Assembly (NCBI GenBank): GCA_049421205.1
Contig: JBMSMQ010000002.1
Location: forward strand, 1,313 to 65,312
Origin: Candidatus Nanopelagicales bacterium
Lineage (GTDB): Bacteria > Actinomycetota > Actinomycetes > S36-B12 > UBA5976
DNA: 64,000 nucleotides
Direction: 5' to 3'
The notes beneath the pieces were generated by a model that saw only the letters and a program-made list of their open reading frames with translations, did not search any database and had not been told where the DNA came from. The translations under genes and the position numbers were made by a program. This document shows, piece by piece, positions 1 through 10,932 of the stretch. Position 1 is the first letter of the stretch, and the number at the start of each line of letters is the position of its first letter.

Positions 1-14
1 AGGACCATCGCTAC

Positions 15-1244
15 TCATAGTTTTCCATTTTCCACTTCAGTAAGTTCATGTCCAAGCTTGTCGCGCTTTGTTCTCAAGTATGAAATATTGTCTTTACCTG
101 GCGTAATCTCGAGAGGCACTCGCTCAAATATTGAAAGCCCATATCCTTCTAAGCCCGCACGTTTTGCTGGGTTATTTGTTAAAAGCCTCATCGATTTCAC
201 GCCCAAATCAACCAAAATTTGCGCACCAATTCCATAATCTCGACTATCTGCGGGCATTCCTAATTTCAGATTTGCTTCAACAGTGTCAAGACCCTGTTCC
301 TGAAGCTCATATGCCTGTAATTTCCGAAGTAATCCGATACCTCTGCCCTCATGTCCTCGCATGTAGAGCACGACACCTCGCCCTTCATCGGCAACTTTTT
401 TCATTGCTGCTTCAAGTTGTGGGCCACAATCGCATCGGAGTGATCCAAGCGCATCCCCCGTTAAGCACTCGGAGTGAACTCGAACAAGTACTTTTTCGCC
501 ATTCCCAATCTCGCCCATCACAAGTGCAATGTGTTCAACTCCATCCACAAGGCTCTTGAATCCAATTGCAGTGAACTCCCCAAACTTTGTTGGCATTTTG
601 GACTGTGCAACACGTTTTACTTGCTTTTCAGTTTTTCGTATGTACTGAATAAGTTCAGTGATTGAAATCATTTTCAATTCGTTATCATTTGCGAACTTTC
701 GACAATCATCTGCTCGCATCACAGACCCGTCATCGTGCACGAGTTCACAAATCACGCCGACTGGATGGAGGCCAGCCAATCGCGCTAAATCAACAGCGGC
801 CTCAGTGTGTCCGGCTCTTCTCAAAACACCACCATCAACTGCTCGCAGAGGGAAAATGTGTCCTGGACGCTTCAAGTCAGACGCTTCCGTCAAGGGATCC
901 GCAAGTGCTCGAACTGTTTGCGCACGATCTGCTGCTGAAATTCCCGTTGTTACTCCATGAGCACTATCCACTGAAACCGTATATGCAGTCTTATGTGTTT
1001 CCTCATTGGTATGCGTCATCATAGGGATGTTAAGCCTGTCGAGCCAATCACCCATCATCGGCACACAAATCACACCACTCGTGTGACGGACCATGAATCC
1101 CATTAACTCATTTGTGGCAAGTTGCGCTGCAAATATTAAATCGCCTTCATTTTCTCGCTCTTCATCATCAACAACGACAACAGCTTTACCAAGGCGAATG
1201 TCATGAATAGCATCCTGAATCGAATCTAGTTTGATACTTTCCAT
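15..1244 (-). CDS. ribBA: bifunctional 3,4-dihydroxy-2-butanone-4-phosphate synthase / GTP cyclohydrolase II
   Basis: 409-aa ORF with ATG at 1244. N-terminal DHBP synthase motif [13 protein letters not shown]-terminal GCH-II motifs [12 protein letters not shown] and GHEGRGIGL. Follows ribD-ribE. Confidence 0.95.
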   Translation of the reverse strand: MESIKLDSIQDAIHDIRLGKAVVVVDDEERENEGDLIFAAQLATNELMGFMVRHTSGVICVPMMGDWLDRLNIPMMTHTNEETHKTAYTVSVDSAHGVTTGISAADRAQTVRALADPLTEASDLKRPGHIFPLRAVDGGVLRRAGHTEAAVDLARLAGLHPVGVICELVHDDGSVMRADDCRKFANDNELKMISITELIQYIRKTEKQVKRVAQSKMPTKFGEFTAIGFKSLVDGVEHIALVMGEIGNGEKVLVRVHSECLTGDALGSLRCDCGPQLEAAMKKVADEGRGVVLYMRGHEGRGIGLLRKLQAYELQEQGLDTVEANLKLGMPADSRDYGIGAQILVDLGVKSMRLLTNNPAKRAGLEGYGLSIFERVPLEITPGKDNISYLRTKRDKLGHELTEVENGKL

Positions 1245-1245
1245 T

Positions 1246-1833
1246 TTATGAATTCACCAATTTCTCTAAATGACGAGCAACAATGTCAGATTCTAGGTTT
1301 ACTTTATTTCCGACCTGCTTTGAACCAAGGATGGTGTGTTCAAGGGTCGAGGGAATGAGCGAGACCTCAAACCACAAATCTCCAAGATCTGAGACCGTCA
1401 GCGAAACCCCATCTACGGCGATCGAACCTCGTTTCACGACATACTTTTGCAATTGGGGTGAGACAGCAATTCTCACCCGCCTCCAATTAGTCAGTTCTTC
1501 AATCTCAAGGATAGTTCCCACTTCATCAATGTGTCCCTGAACGAGGTGACCTCCAACAAAATCTGTAAGTGTCATAGGAAATTCAATGTTTACCAAGCTC
1601 TTCATATTCAAATCACCGAGATTTGTTTTACTGAGAGTAATTCCCATAACATCAAAACTAACAACATTTTCGTGAAGAGAAGTAGCCGTTAGACAAACCC
1701 CATTGACACTGATGCTGTCGCCTAATTTGACACTCTTTGGCAGACTTGTAAGTTCAATTTCTAAGACACCAAAATCACCAGTCGCTTGAATCCTTGATAC
1801 AACGCCGATTTGTTGAATGATGCCAGTAAACAC
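1246..1833 (-). CDS. ribE: riboflavin synthase alpha chain
   Basis: Two lumazine-binding repeats ([12 protein letters not shown] and [12 protein letters not shown]). The ORF track starts at TTG 1839; GTG at 1833 gives the canonical MFTGII N-terminus, so the start is uncertain by 6 nt. Confidence 0.9.
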   Translation of the reverse strand: MFTGIIQQIGVVSRIQATGDFGVLEIELTSLPKSVKLGDSISVNGVCLTATSLHENVVSFDVMGITLSKTNLGDLNMKSLVNIEFPMTLTDFVGGHLVQGHIDEVGTILEIEELTNWRRVRIAVSPQLQKYVVKRGSIAVDGVSLTVSDLGDLWFEVSLIPSTLEHTILGSKQVGNKVNLESDIVARHLEKLVNS

Positions 1834-1842
1834 ACCCAAAGG

Positions 1843-2814
1843 TTAGTGTGAACAGCGATTCATCCGCAGAACGGTAATGGTGTCCCCGCCCAGCACAAAT
1901 TGTTCGGCAATTTGCCCCTTCAGCGCGTCCTTCAGCGTTGAGACTCCAAGACCTTGTACGGCTGACACTCCATCTCCGAGCACAATCGGAGCACTCATCC
2001 AAATTATTCGATTCACAAGATTCGCTTTCAAGAATGCGCCGGCAACTTTTCCTCCTGCCTCAATCAGAAGATGCTCTTTCCCGTCAGCAGTTGCTCTATC
2101 AAGTAAATCTCCGGGATTGTGGGAATTTATTGAAGTGTATCGCCCTTCTATACGTGAGAAATTCTCTAGAGCACTTTTACCTAATACATACACGTGTGGT
2201 TGAAAATTCACTTCAAAATCGCGCACCGTGTACTGAGGGTTATCGAGCTTTACAGTGTTTGTTGATGTGACAATACCATCAACCTCTAATCGGATTTTCT
2301 GAACATAGTGCCGTGATTCTTCTGACGTGATCCATTGGCTCGTCCCATCGACCGCAGCAATGAAACCGTCCAGAGTGCTCGCAATTTTCAAAGTGACATA
2401 CGGGGTTTGACATTCAGTAGCGTGTAACCATGGTGCAAGAGTTTCACTTGCTTCTTTTTCTAAAACGCCGCCCACTACTTCGATCTGTTTTTGGCGAAGC
2501 ACCGCTTCGCCGCCATTCATCTTGTCCTTTGTAGCGAAAACCACTCGCTTAATTCCTGCTGAATGAAGTGCATCAACACAAGGACCGGTTCTTCCTATAT
2601 GAGCACATGGTTCTAATGTCACGTACACGGTTGCACCTACTGCACTACTTCCAGCACGATCAAGTGCAATCACTTCTGCATGGTCCTTACCCAACTCACC
2701 ATGGACACCTTCAGAAATTATTTCTCCTGCTGGACTAACAATGACGCACGCAACCTTAGGGTTCGGGAGTGTTTGGACACATGTCTGTTTTGCAAGATCG
2801 ATGGCGTGGGCCAT
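1843..2814 (-). CDS. ribD: riboflavin biosynthesis deaminase/reductase
   Basis: Deaminase zinc motif HAEV...TLEPCAHIGRTGPC plus a C-terminal reductase domain. The ORF track extends to 2925 and overlaps rpe. ATG at 2814 (MAHAIDLAKQ) removes the overlap and matches the family N-terminus. Confidence 0.9.
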   Translation of the reverse strand: MAHAIDLAKQTCVQTLPNPKVACVIVSPAGEIISEGVHGELGKDHAEVIALDRAGSSAVGATVYVTLEPCAHIGRTGPCVDALHSAGIKRVVFATKDKMNGGEAVLRQKQIEVVGGVLEKEASETLAPWLHATECQTPYVTLKIASTLDGFIAAVDGTSQWITSEESRHYVQKIRLEVDGIVTSTNTVKLDNPQYTVRDFEVNFQPHVYVLGKSALENFSRIEGRYTSINSHNPGDLLDRATADGKEHLLIEAGGKVAGAFLKANLVNRIIWMSAPIVLGDGVSAVQGLGVSTLKDALKGQIAEQFVLGGDTITVLRMNRCSH

Positions 2815-2825
2815 GAATTTTGAAT

Positions 2826-3506
2826 CTATGTCCACCAGGCACCATTTTGAGCATTGAGCGCTAACGTTCGAAGGTTGATGCAGGCGGTGCGTGGATCTTG
2901 CGCACGAAACACCCCATGACCACAAACGAATACATCTGCCCCATTTTCAGCACATTCTTCAATCGTGCTTATTGAAACTCCACCATCCACTTGGATCGTC
3001 ATCGGCAATGCTCTTTCGCGAATTAATTCCCGAGCACGCCTAACTTTCGGCATCATATCTGCCATAAAACTTTGACCACTAAATCCAGGTTCAACAGTCA
3101 TTACCAGCAACATATCAATGTGATCGAAATACTCAATGACGTCATCAAGACTGGTTGCAGGCTTTATCGCTAGCCCGACTTTTGATCCGTGTTGCTTTAT
3201 GTTGGATATCACATGCATTGGCGATGATGAAGCTTCAAAGTGGAATGTCACACTTTGTGCACCTATTTCAGCATAGGCACTCGCCCAGCGCTCTGGATTT
3301 TCGATCATCAGATGACAATCAAGTGGCTTTTCAACAACCTTCAGAAGCTGTTCAACAACTGGCAAACCAAAGGTTAAATTTGGTACGAAGTGATAATCCA
3401 TTACATCAACATGAAAGTAATCACAGTAATCTTGAATCGCCACACACTCTTCGGTGAGATTGGCGAGGTTCGCTGACAGGATTGATGGATTAATACTTAC
3501 CGCCAT
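2826..3506 (-). CDS. rpe: ribulose-phosphate 3-epimerase
   Basis: Motifs PSILSAN, HVDVMD, MTVEPGFSGQ and QVDGG. ATG at 3506; TTG at 3512 is the alternative start. Confidence 0.93.
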   Translation of the reverse strand: MAVSINPSILSANLANLTEECVAIQDYCDYFHVDVMDYHFVPNLTFGLPVVEQLLKVVEKPLDCHLMIENPERWASAYAEIGAQSVTFHFEASSSPMHVISNIKQHGSKVGLAIKPATSLDDVIEYFDHIDMLLVMTVEPGFSGQSFMADMMPKVRRARELIRERALPMTIQVDGGVSISTIEECAENGADVFVCGHGVFRAQDPRTACINLRTLALNAQNGAWWT

Positions 3507-3515
3507 AGTCAAACC

Positions 3516-4838
3516 CTAGTGGCGCTTGAGTACCGCCATGAACATTCCATCGGTATCGTGTTTGTGAGGCCAGAGTCGCAGAAATTTATCGTCAGCAATC
3601 AAATCATCAGCGCGCTTAAGATGAGGTACCGCCATTATTCCTTGATTGATATCTTGGATTTCAACATCTGGGTGCGCCTTCACAATATCCGCTACAAGAT
3701 AATCTGATTCCGCAAGGTGCCATGAACAGGTGACGTATCCGACCACTCCACCGGGCCGAACTGCCTTTAGTGCATTCTCGAGTAAAGCTTTCTGAAGTGG
3801 CACTAAATCAGTGAGATCACTTGCTTTCTTTCGCCAACGACTTTCTGCGCGCCTTCGTAGTGCACCTAAACCTAGACATGGTGCATCTACGAGTACTCGA
3901 TCGAATTTGCCTGTGGCAAAGGCTGAATCTCTACCATCAGCGATTTCGACCACGGAATTACCATCGATGCCTCTCAACGCCTCTTCTACAAGTTCAGCAC
4001 GATGTGAATGAACCTCAATTGCGGTAAGTTTCGCATTTCGACCTGCAGCAATCTGTTTCAATAACATAGCTTTTCCACCTGGCCCGCTGCAAAGATCTAG
4101 CCATGCAGAATCTGTACCTTCGATCGGGAAATGACCAAGAATCTGGGCAACCACTTGACTACCTTCATCTTGAACTTGTGCCTTTCTTTCGAGGACGAGC
4201 GGATGGCGGTATGGATTCTCTTGAACTCTCATTGCATAAGGTGAAAAATGTGACTCGCTACCCGTCAATATTCCATCGCGACTGACGAGTGTGACCGAGG
4301 GCACTTCGTTATTACGTTGCAATAATGCTTCGACATCCGATTGGTTCGAGAAAAGTGCTTCAGCCGCAGATTTAACAATCCAGAGTGGATGTGAATAAAG
4401 CAAAGAGAGCCTTTCCCAAGTGTTGGGTGTACTTCCTTCAATTATCTCCTGGTAATAACGCAAATCGTGTTCACTCAACTTACGTAATGTGGCATTGACA
4501 AACCCGCGTGCACTTGCAAGACGAGTTAGCGAAACGAGATTTACAGTTTCTGACACCGCTGCGTAATTCTCTGTTCTCATGAAAAGAACTTGATATGCTC
4601 CTATTCGCAAGATATCTCTCAGCGGTGGATCAACTTTATCCAAATCTCGCTTTGCTTCAGACGCAATCGCAAAATCGAGAAAACTTCGGTTGCGATACAC
4701 ACCTGAGACTAATTCAGTGATAAATCGTGCATCTTGCTCACTAAATTGATTGAGGTACCGAGGAAGTATGAGATTCAGATATGCATCGTGAACTTCTACC
4801 TCTTCAATTATTTGATACGCGGCTTCACGAGAATTCAC
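3516..4838 (-). CDS. rsmB: 16S rRNA (cytosine967-C5)-methyltransferase (Sun/RsmB family)
   Basis: N-terminal NusB-like region, SAM motif DLCSGPGGKA, catalytic DAPCLGLGALRR and VTCS. GTG start overlaps the fmt stop (GTGA). Confidence 0.88.
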   Translation of the reverse strand: MNSREAAYQIIEEVEVHDAYLNLILPRYLNQFSEQDARFITELVSGVYRNRSFLDFAIASEAKRDLDKVDPPLRDILRIGAYQVLFMRTENYAAVSETVNLVSLTRLASARGFVNATLRKLSEHDLRYYQEIIEGSTPNTWERLSLLYSHPLWIVKSAAEALFSNQSDVEALLQRNNEVPSVTLVSRDGILTGSESHFSPYAMRVQENPYRHPLVLERKAQVQDEGSQVVAQILGHFPIEGTDSAWLDLCSGPGGKAMLLKQIAAGRNAKLTAIEVHSHRAELVEEALRGIDGNSVVEIADGRDSAFATGKFDRVLVDAPCLGLGALRRRAESRWRKKASDLTDLVPLQKALLENALKAVRPGGVVGYVTCSWHLAESDYLVADIVKAHPDVEIQDINQGIMAVPHLKRADDLIADDKFLRLWPHKHDTDGMFMAVLKRH

Positions 4839-5740
4839 TCAAAGACCATACTCTCTCGATTATGAATTCCACGTAACCAGGAAGCGGCATCCATCCAATG
4901 CTTTCCTTCAGGTTTTACCAATGTGAGGCGCAATGGGATGCTTCCTGTAGCAACGAAAACTTCTTTGTTCACTTCGAAAATTGTTCCAGGTTCGTATGTA
5001 TCATCAGCGTTTTCAAAATCTACTGGACCTAGGTGAATTCTTTTTGACCGGAAAATCGCAAAAGCGCCAGGTTTTTCGAAAAAGGCTCGAATTTTTCGGT
5101 CAATTTCAATGGCACTATGTGACCAATTAATGCGCAGATCATCATTTGTGATTTTTGGAGCGTAGGTGATCTCCCCAACTTGTGCCCGTGGTTCAGCAAT
5201 ACCCTCTTCAATGATGCTCAGTGATTTCAAAGCAAGCGTTGCCCCAACTTCAGATAATACGTCCATCAGGGAACTACCGGTTTCATTCTTACCTGGCACA
5301 AACGTTGCTTGAGCGATTATTGGACCCGAATCCAAGTCTGGCTCTAAAAAGAATGTGGTTACACCCGTGACGTCATCTCCATACAAGAGTGAATGCTGAA
5401 CAGGTGACGCACCACGCCACCTCGGTAGCAATGAGTAATGCACATTCAACCAGGGCCTTCGTTCTAATAGTTCACCACGAATGAGTTGACCAAAAGCGAC
5501 AACAACGCCAAGATCAAAATCTAAGTTCCGTAACGTCTCTTCAGTATTGATGTTGTGTGTTTCAATTAATGGGAGCGAGTTTTCAATTGCATACTTTGCA
5601 ACTGGTGATTTATGTTCTTTCTGTCCACGTCCTTGCGGTTTTTCTGGGGATGTAATCACGGCAACGATGTCGTGTGCCGTATGCAGAGTTGCAAGGGTTT
5701 CAACTGCAGGCTGCGGATTTCCCGCAAAAACTATTCGCAC
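4835..5740 (-). CDS. fmt: methionyl-tRNA formyltransferase
   Basis: Motifs RIVFAGNP and HYSLLPRWRGASP. The ORF track starts at 5806, inside def. GTG at 5740 (VRIVFAG) shares one nt with the def TAG and gives the family N-terminus. Confidence 0.9.
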   Translation of the reverse strand: MRIVFAGNPQPAVETLATLHTAHDIVAVITSPEKPQGRGQKEHKSPVAKYAIENSLPLIETHNINTEETLRNLDFDLGVVVAFGQLIRGELLERRPWLNVHYSLLPRWRGASPVQHSLLYGDDVTGVTTFFLEPDLDSGPIIAQATFVPGKNETGSSLMDVLSEVGATLALKSLSIIEEGIAEPRAQVGEITYAPKITNDDLRINWSHSAIEIDRKIRAFFEKPGAFAIFRSKRIHLGPVDFENADDTYEPGTIFEVNKEVFVATGSIPLRLTLVKPEGKHWMDAASWLRGIHNRESMVFE

Positions 5741-6285
5741 TATCCGAGGCCTGGACGAATTGCGTGAGGGCTCAGTTTCACCTGCGGCACTGATTCTCCG
5801 GCCCACACTGCTTCACGAATTGCTTTCATAGCAGCTTTTCTCGTTTCTTTATCGAGTCGGTCAATGAATACAATGCCATCCAGGTGATCAGTCTCATGCT
5901 GTATTGCACGGGATAGCAATGCTGTTCCTTCAATGACTACAGGTTCGCCGAACATATTCATACCCTTTGCGATTACTCGCTCAGAACGAGTGCAGTCAAA
6001 GGTAAGCCCAGGCACGGAAAGGCAACCCTCTGGTCCAAATTGTTCTTCGTCCGATAAATCTAAAGATGGGTTAATCAAGTGTCCGACAACATCGTCTACC
6101 CAATATGTGAAAACACGAAGACTTACACCAATTTGAGGTGCGGCAAGACCAGAACCCGGTGCATCCAACATAGTTTCAGTTAAATCGGCAACTAATTGGC
6201 GAAGCTCTTTATCAAAGTCAATAACTGGCAAAGCTTTCGTTGTGAGAACAGGGTCACCAAAGATGCGAATTGGTTGAATACTCAT
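5740..6285 (-). CDS. def: peptide deformylase
   Basis: All three signature motifs are present: GLAAPQIG, EGCLS and HETDHL. ATG at 6285. Confidence 0.96.
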   Translation of the reverse strand: MSIQPIRIFGDPVLTTKALPVIDFDKELRQLVADLTETMLDAPGSGLAAPQIGVSLRVFTYWVDDVVGHLINPSLDLSDEEQFGPEGCLSVPGLTFDCTRSERVIAKGMNMFGEPVVIEGTALLSRAIQHETDHLDGIVFIDRLDKETRKAAMKAIREAVWAGESVPQVKLSPHAIRPGLG

Positions 6286-6305
6286 ATCGAAAGTTTACCA
6301 CTTTA

Positions 6306-8162
6306 TTATGGGATGACCTGTGGCGAATAACGAATTCGAAGCACACCTTTAGCTTTAGAACTTGAACGTTTGGCAAGTATTGCACGTAGTGCACTATTTA
6401 GTCCATCGAGGTTTTCTGATGTCTTCACGAGGGCATATGTTCCACGTTTATGTTGGGCTGGGCCGAGCACTTGGATACCATCGAGCGCGCTTAATGAAGC
6501 TATAGCCTCACTAACATTGCCATAGTCACCTTCAAGTAAGTAGCACTCGCTCATCGGAGGAAGTTCGGCTGCCTTGCGTTCTCTTAATTGCAGTTCAGCA
6601 AATCCAACGGGATCATCATTGATGATGTAACGAACGAGTGGATATGGTTCTTCTGTAGCGATAAGTTGAACACCATTTTTATCTCCAAGCGACTTTATGT
6701 TGTACCAACGTCGAAAGGCCTCTTCGTGTGCTCGTAAATCGATTCGATTCAAAGTGATTTCTGGATCAAGAATCACAATTGCTTGATATGCGCCACTCTG
6801 CACCCTTGGTTCCGCTCCAGGTGTCGAAATCACAAGAGCAGGTGAATTTTCTACCTCATGAAGCACATTATTTTTTCCTGATGTGAAAATTGGTGTATTT
6901 GGAAAAGCTTTTGCTATTTCTTCAGCAGTACGAACAGCCCCGACTGTGATAGATCGAACCTGCGTTGAAGAACACCATTGGCATCGGAATTGACCGAAAT
7001 TTCTTCCACACCTCGTGCAATGAATCATTTCGTTGGCAGATCGTTCAAGCGCTCCCCCACATTCATCACATGCGGCTTTTTCTCGACAGCGAGCGCACTG
7101 AATGTTTAATTGATACCCGCGAATCGGAACTTGCAACAGCACGGGGCCAGCGGCGAGGCCTTGCCGAATGACATTGAAAGCGACACTTGGTAGGCGCAAT
7201 TTATGTGTGCTACTGGCATCATCTTTTGGAACCTGTATTGTTTTCATGCCACGAGGACCACTTGCCAGATGGCTCGACATTTTTCCTTGTTGGATGAGCA
7301 TTTCAATTTCTACACTTCTACAGTAACCAACACAATAAAACGGAACTCCAAGTTGTGCACATCGAATAATTGCAACATCCCGGCAATGCCAATTACCTGA
7401 TTGTTGTTCAACAAAGGAATCATCATTTTCGTGAAGCATAAAGATGAAGTTGGTTGGGGTAAGAGGCGCGAAGACAGCGGACCTCGTTCCAATTACTAGA
7501 TGAACTTCACCTCGCCAAATCTTCATAAATTGTTCATAGCGCTGGCTCGGTGTCATATCCGCTGCCAAAACACCAATCTGAATACTTGAATCCTTTACTC
7601 GTAAGTTAGATTCGAATTCGCGCATCAACGCATAGTTTGGAAGAAGCACGATGCCGCGCTTCTTTAGTTTCAATAAATTAACGACCTTAAGAGCGCTCCA
7701 TTCAATGAGAGGCACCGAAGTTGGCATTAGAAAACTCGTCGATGCAATCTCACTTTCTGGAACTGAATCGTTTTCGAGTTCACGAAGTGCCTCGGGAATT
7801 TCGGATTGTAGTTTTTGATTCACACGTTGGGTTGCTGTTGGAAGGGCGAAACTGAGAACCTGACTTTGTGCAGTGAGGTATCGTCGCCCCAGTTCTTGAC
7901 AGAAATCGGCGATATCAGGTTTCAGTACTGGGAATACATCTAGAATTTCAAGAATTTCTCCAGCAGCTTTATGTTCAGTTTCATTTTTTAGTCCGACAAC
8001 AAACCCGATAGTTTTTCTTCCACCAAATTTGATGCTGACTCGCATCCCGACCTCAAGATCAGATTGAAATCGTTCAGGAATGATGTAGTCGTAAGGATGG
8101 TCTGTGTGGAGAAAAGCAACATCCGCCAATACAGCCGCAAATTTCATTGGCTGATTGTCCAT
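6306..8162 (-). CDS. priA: primosomal protein N' (PriA) family protein, helicase ATPase motifs not recognisable
   Basis: 618 aa. N-terminal DNA-binding region, Cys-rich zinc module CARC..CDEC..CTRC..CQWC, and the conserved position between metK and def. No GxGKT Walker A or DExH box found on reading the protein. Confidence 0.8.
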   Translation of the reverse strand: MDNQPMKFAAVLADVAFLHTDHPYDYIIPERFQSDLEVGMRVSIKFGGRKTIGFVVGLKNETEHKAAGEILEILDVFPVLKPDIADFCQELGRRYLTAQSQVLSFALPTATQRVNQKLQSEIPEALRELENDSVPESEIASTSFLMPTSVPLIEWSALKVVNLLKLKKRGIVLLPNYALMREFESNLRVKDSSIQIGVLAADMTPSQRYEQFMKIWRGEVHLVIGTRSAVFAPLTPTNFIFMLHENDDSFVEQQSGNWHCRDVAIIRCAQLGVPFYCVGYCRSVEIEMLIQQGKMSSHLASGPRGMKTIQVPKDDASSTHKLRLPSVAFNVIRQGLAAGPVLLQVPIRGYQLNIQCARCREKAACDECGGALERSANEMIHCTRCGRNFGQFRCQWCSSTQVRSITVGAVRTAEEIAKAFPNTPIFTSGKNNVLHEVENSPALVISTPGAEPRVQSGAYQAIVILDPEITLNRIDLRAHEEAFRRWYNIKSLGDKNGVQLIATEEPYPLVRYIINDDPVGFAELQLRERKAAELPPMSECYLLEGDYGNVSEAIASLSALDGIQVLGPAQHKRGTYALVKTSENLDGLNSALRAILAKRSSSKAKGVLRIRYSPQVIP

Positions 8163-8174
8163 ATGCCGCTGACG

Positions 8175-9434
8175 TTACCCTCGCACTGAAGCGGCGAGTG
8201 CGTCTTTACGATCAGTTCGCTCCCACGGTATCTCAACTGTTACTCGTTCGGTCTCCCAGGGAATTCCTGGAACAAGCCGCTGATATGAGATTTCCTTACG
8301 CCCGAAGTGTCCATATGTTGCAGTCGGGCGGTAATGAACCACATCTGTGTCAAGCAATTGCAAATCTCTCACGATTGCGGCAGGTCGTAAATCAAAAACC
8401 CGAAGAATTGCCTCTCCGATTTGCTCTTCAGGGACTGACGCTGTGCCATACGTCTCAACAAATATACCTACGGGTTGTGCTTTACCAATCGCGTAAGCGA
8501 TTTGCACTTCACAACGCTTTGCGAGGCCAGAAGCGACCACGTTTTTCGCAACCCAGCGCATCGCATAGGCAGCTGATCTATCAACTTTCGAAGGATCTTT
8601 ACCTGAGAATGCGCCACCTCCATGGCGCGCCATTCCACCATACGTATCAACGATGATTTTTCTTCCTGTCAGCCCAGCATCGCCCATTGGTCCACCAGTG
8701 ACAAATCTGCCAGTTGGATTAACAAGCACTTGTGGGCTCGAAACATCAAGTTCTTGCCAATCACTTTGGGCAAGAACTGGCCGTACAACTTCAGCAATGA
8801 TTCCTTGACTGAGGGCTTCTTGAGAAACAGCGTCATTATGCTGTGATGAGACAACGACAGTATCAAGTCGAATTGCAGAATTTCCGTCATACTCAATAGT
8901 GACTTGTGTTTTCCCATCTGGACGTAGGTAATCAAGTACTCCATTTTTGCGAACGTCCGCTAAACGCTTTGCCAACTGGTGTGCCATGTCTATCGGAAGC
9001 GGCATTAAATCTTCGGTATCGATCGCTGCATAACCAAACATCAAGCCTTGATCGCCCGCGCCTTGAGCATCTAATGGATCCACTGAAGCATTTATCCGTG
9101 TTTCAAATGCCGTTGTCACACCTTGAGAAATATCTGGAGATTGTTTACCAATTGATACTGAAATTCCGCAAGAATTTCCGTCAAATCCTTTGCTTGAGTC
9201 GTCATAGCCGATGTCCAACACAACACTACGAACAATCTGCATCACGTCGGCAAACCCTCTCGTGGTCACTTCCCCAGCAACATGCACCTGACCTGTCGTG
9301 AGCAAGGTTTCGATCGCTACTCTGCTCTGTGAATCTTGACCTAGCAAATCATCCAGAATTGCATCTGAAATTTGGTCGGCCATTTTGTCAGGATGACCTT
9401 CGGTCACTGACTCAGACGAAAATAAACGTTTCAC
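8175..9434 (-). CDS. metK: S-adenosylmethionine synthetase
   Basis: Motifs [22 protein letters not shown] and [19 protein letters not shown] start at 9434. The C-terminus carries an extra [11 protein letters not shown] segment ahead of the usual IPWERTD. Confidence 0.96.
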   Translation of the reverse strand: MKRLFSSESVTEGHPDKMADQISDAILDDLLGQDSQSRVAIETLLTTGQVHVAGEVTTRGFADVMQIVRSVVLDIGYDDSSKGFDGNSCGISVSIGKQSPDISQGVTTAFETRINASVDPLDAQGAGDQGLMFGYAAIDTEDLMPLPIDMAHQLAKRLADVRKNGVLDYLRPDGKTQVTIEYDGNSAIRLDTVVVSSQHNDAVSQEALSQGIIAEVVRPVLAQSDWQELDVSSPQVLVNPTGRFVTGGPMGDAGLTGRKIIVDTYGGMARHGGGAFSGKDPSKVDRSAAYAMRWVAKNVVASGLAKRCEVQIAYAIGKAQPVGIFVETYGTASVPEEQIGEAILRVFDLRPAAIVRDLQLLDTDVVHYRPTATYGHFGRKEISYQRLVPGIPWETERVTVEIPWERTDRKDALAASVRG

Positions 9435-9441
9435 AAATTTT

Positions 9442-10653
9442 TCACTTTCTCATCATTCGATAATCTCGCACTGCGTCGAGAACTTTATGGGCGACGACCA
9501 ACTTTGGTATCTCAGCAGTAGTTTCAAACTCTCCTCTATTTGATTGAATCATAACCCGATTACTGTCATCTCCAAATACATTTCTATCCGAGACATCATT
9601 AGAAACGGCAATATCGCAACCTTTTTGCAGTAGTTTCGATACACCTCGCTCCAACGCCTCGTCGCCAGTTTCGGCAGCGAAACCAACGATGATTTGGTCT
9701 GTTGTTCGTGTCATTATCAACTCAGAAAGTATGTCTCGTGTAATTTCAAGATGTAGTGTGAGAGTGTCTTGTCCTGACTTCTTGATTTTCTCCTTGCTCA
9801 CTTCACTCGGAGCATAATCACTCACGGCAGCACACATTATTACAGCATTCATGCCAACTCGTAGTGATTCAACTTCTTTCTGTAATTCTGCAGACGTTCT
9901 CACCGGAACGTAGGTAATACCTGATGGCAATGGGAGTGAAGTATTTGCTCCAATGAGAGTCACGTCGGCACCACGGGAAGCCGCAGCAAGGGCAAGAGCG
10001 AATCCTTGCTTTCCGCTTGAACTATTGGAAATGAAACGAACTGGATCAATATCCTCTCGGGTTGCACCTGCAGTGATGAGCACCTTGAGACCTCGAAGAT
10101 CAAATGGTGTTGGGGTGTCACAGGCGTGGCGAATGATTGCGACTGCTGATTCTGCAGCACTCAGTCGACCTACACCCGTATCTCCAGATGTCAGTTTCCC
10201 AGACTCAGGCGTGAGAACAATATAGCCCTGATCTCGCAACGTTTGGACGTTTCGTTGGGTTGATTCATTCAGCCACATTTGAGTGTGCATTGCTGGGAAA
10301 AGAATTTTTGGAGCAGTTGAACTCAGAATTGTTGCGGTAAGCAAATCATTCGCTCTACCTTCAACCAAACGTGCTAGAAAGTCAGCAGTTGCTGGATACA
10401 CGGCAATGACAGAGGCAGACTTCGCAAGTGATACGTGATGAACATCTTGCGCTTCTTGCCACACATCGGTCAGGACTTTGTTTCCACTGAGTCCACTGAG
10501 GGTAGCTTCACCGATAAATCGAAGTGCATTCAACGTTGGAATAACATGAACATCTAAATTTTGTTGAACGAGCCCACGTATCAGCTCGCATGATTTATAG
10601 GCAGCGATACCTCCACAAACTCCCACCACCACGGTGGTAGAAGCTGTTGACAT
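9442..10653 (-). CDS. coaBC: bifunctional phosphopantothenoylcysteine decarboxylase / phosphopantothenate-cysteine ligase
   Basis: N-terminal flavoprotein motifs GGIAAYK and PAMHTQMW. C-terminal CoaB motif SSGKQG. 403 aa. Confidence 0.93.
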   Translation of the reverse strand: MSTASTTVVVGVCGGIAAYKSCELIRGLVQQNLDVHVIPTLNALRFIGEATLSGLSGNKVLTDVWQEAQDVHHVSLAKSASVIAVYPATADFLARLVEGRANDLLTATILSSTAPKILFPAMHTQMWLNESTQRNVQTLRDQGYIVLTPESGKLTSGDTGVGRLSAAESAVAIIRHACDTPTPFDLRGLKVLITAGATREDIDPVRFISNSSSGKQGFALALAAASRGADVTLIGANTSLPLPSGITYVPVRTSAELQKEVESLRVGMNAVIMCAAVSDYAPSEVSKEKIKKSGQDTLTLHLEITRDILSELIMTRTTDQIIVGFAAETGDEALERGVSKLLQKGCDIAVSNDVSDRNVFGDDSNRVMIQSNRGEFETTAEIPKLVVAHKVLDAVRDYRMMRK

Positions 10654-10920
10654 TTAGGCTTCTTCGCTACGCTTGAAATCTAGTAATCCCTCTTGCATCT
10701 CCCGAAGCGCTATCGACATTGGTTTTTCATTGCGCTCGGAGTCAACAAGTGGTCCAGTATTTTCGAAGGATCCTGAATCAAGCTGTCCGTAATAGGCGTT
10801 GATTTCACGTGCACGTTTTGCAGCATAAATCACCAACTGATACTTGGTCCCTGCAATTTCAATTAACTCGTCAATTGGTGGGTTCGTAATGCCACCTGTT
10901 CGTGCGGTATTTCCTGACAT
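10654..10920 (-). CDS. rpoZ: DNA-directed RNA polymerase subunit omega
   Basis: 88 aa with [14 protein letters not shown] core. Conserved gmk-rpoZ-coaBC context. Confidence 0.9.
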   Translation of the reverse strand: MSGNTARTGGITNPPIDELIEIAGTKYQLVIYAAKRAREINAYYGQLDSGSFENTGPLVDSERNEKPMSIALREMQEGLLDFKRSEEA

Positions 10921-10932
10921 TTTCCCTCTTAT

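Noticed and set aside
1-14. Possible start of ribH: ATG on the minus strand at 8-6, running off the window edge.
   Set aside because: Only about two codons are visible, which is not enough to support a feature call.
2815-2825. Looked for an FMN riboswitch ahead of ribD, and for a SAM riboswitch ahead of metK (9435-9441).
   Set aside because: The spacers are 11 nt and 7 nt, so no riboswitch can fit. These genes are read through from upstream genes.
8147-8656. 169-aa plus-strand ORF antisense to metK.
   Set aside because: It lies entirely inside a highly conserved gene on the other strand. It has no SD or recognisable motif and a low-complexity, Arg/Leu/Gln-rich composition typical of antisense frames.
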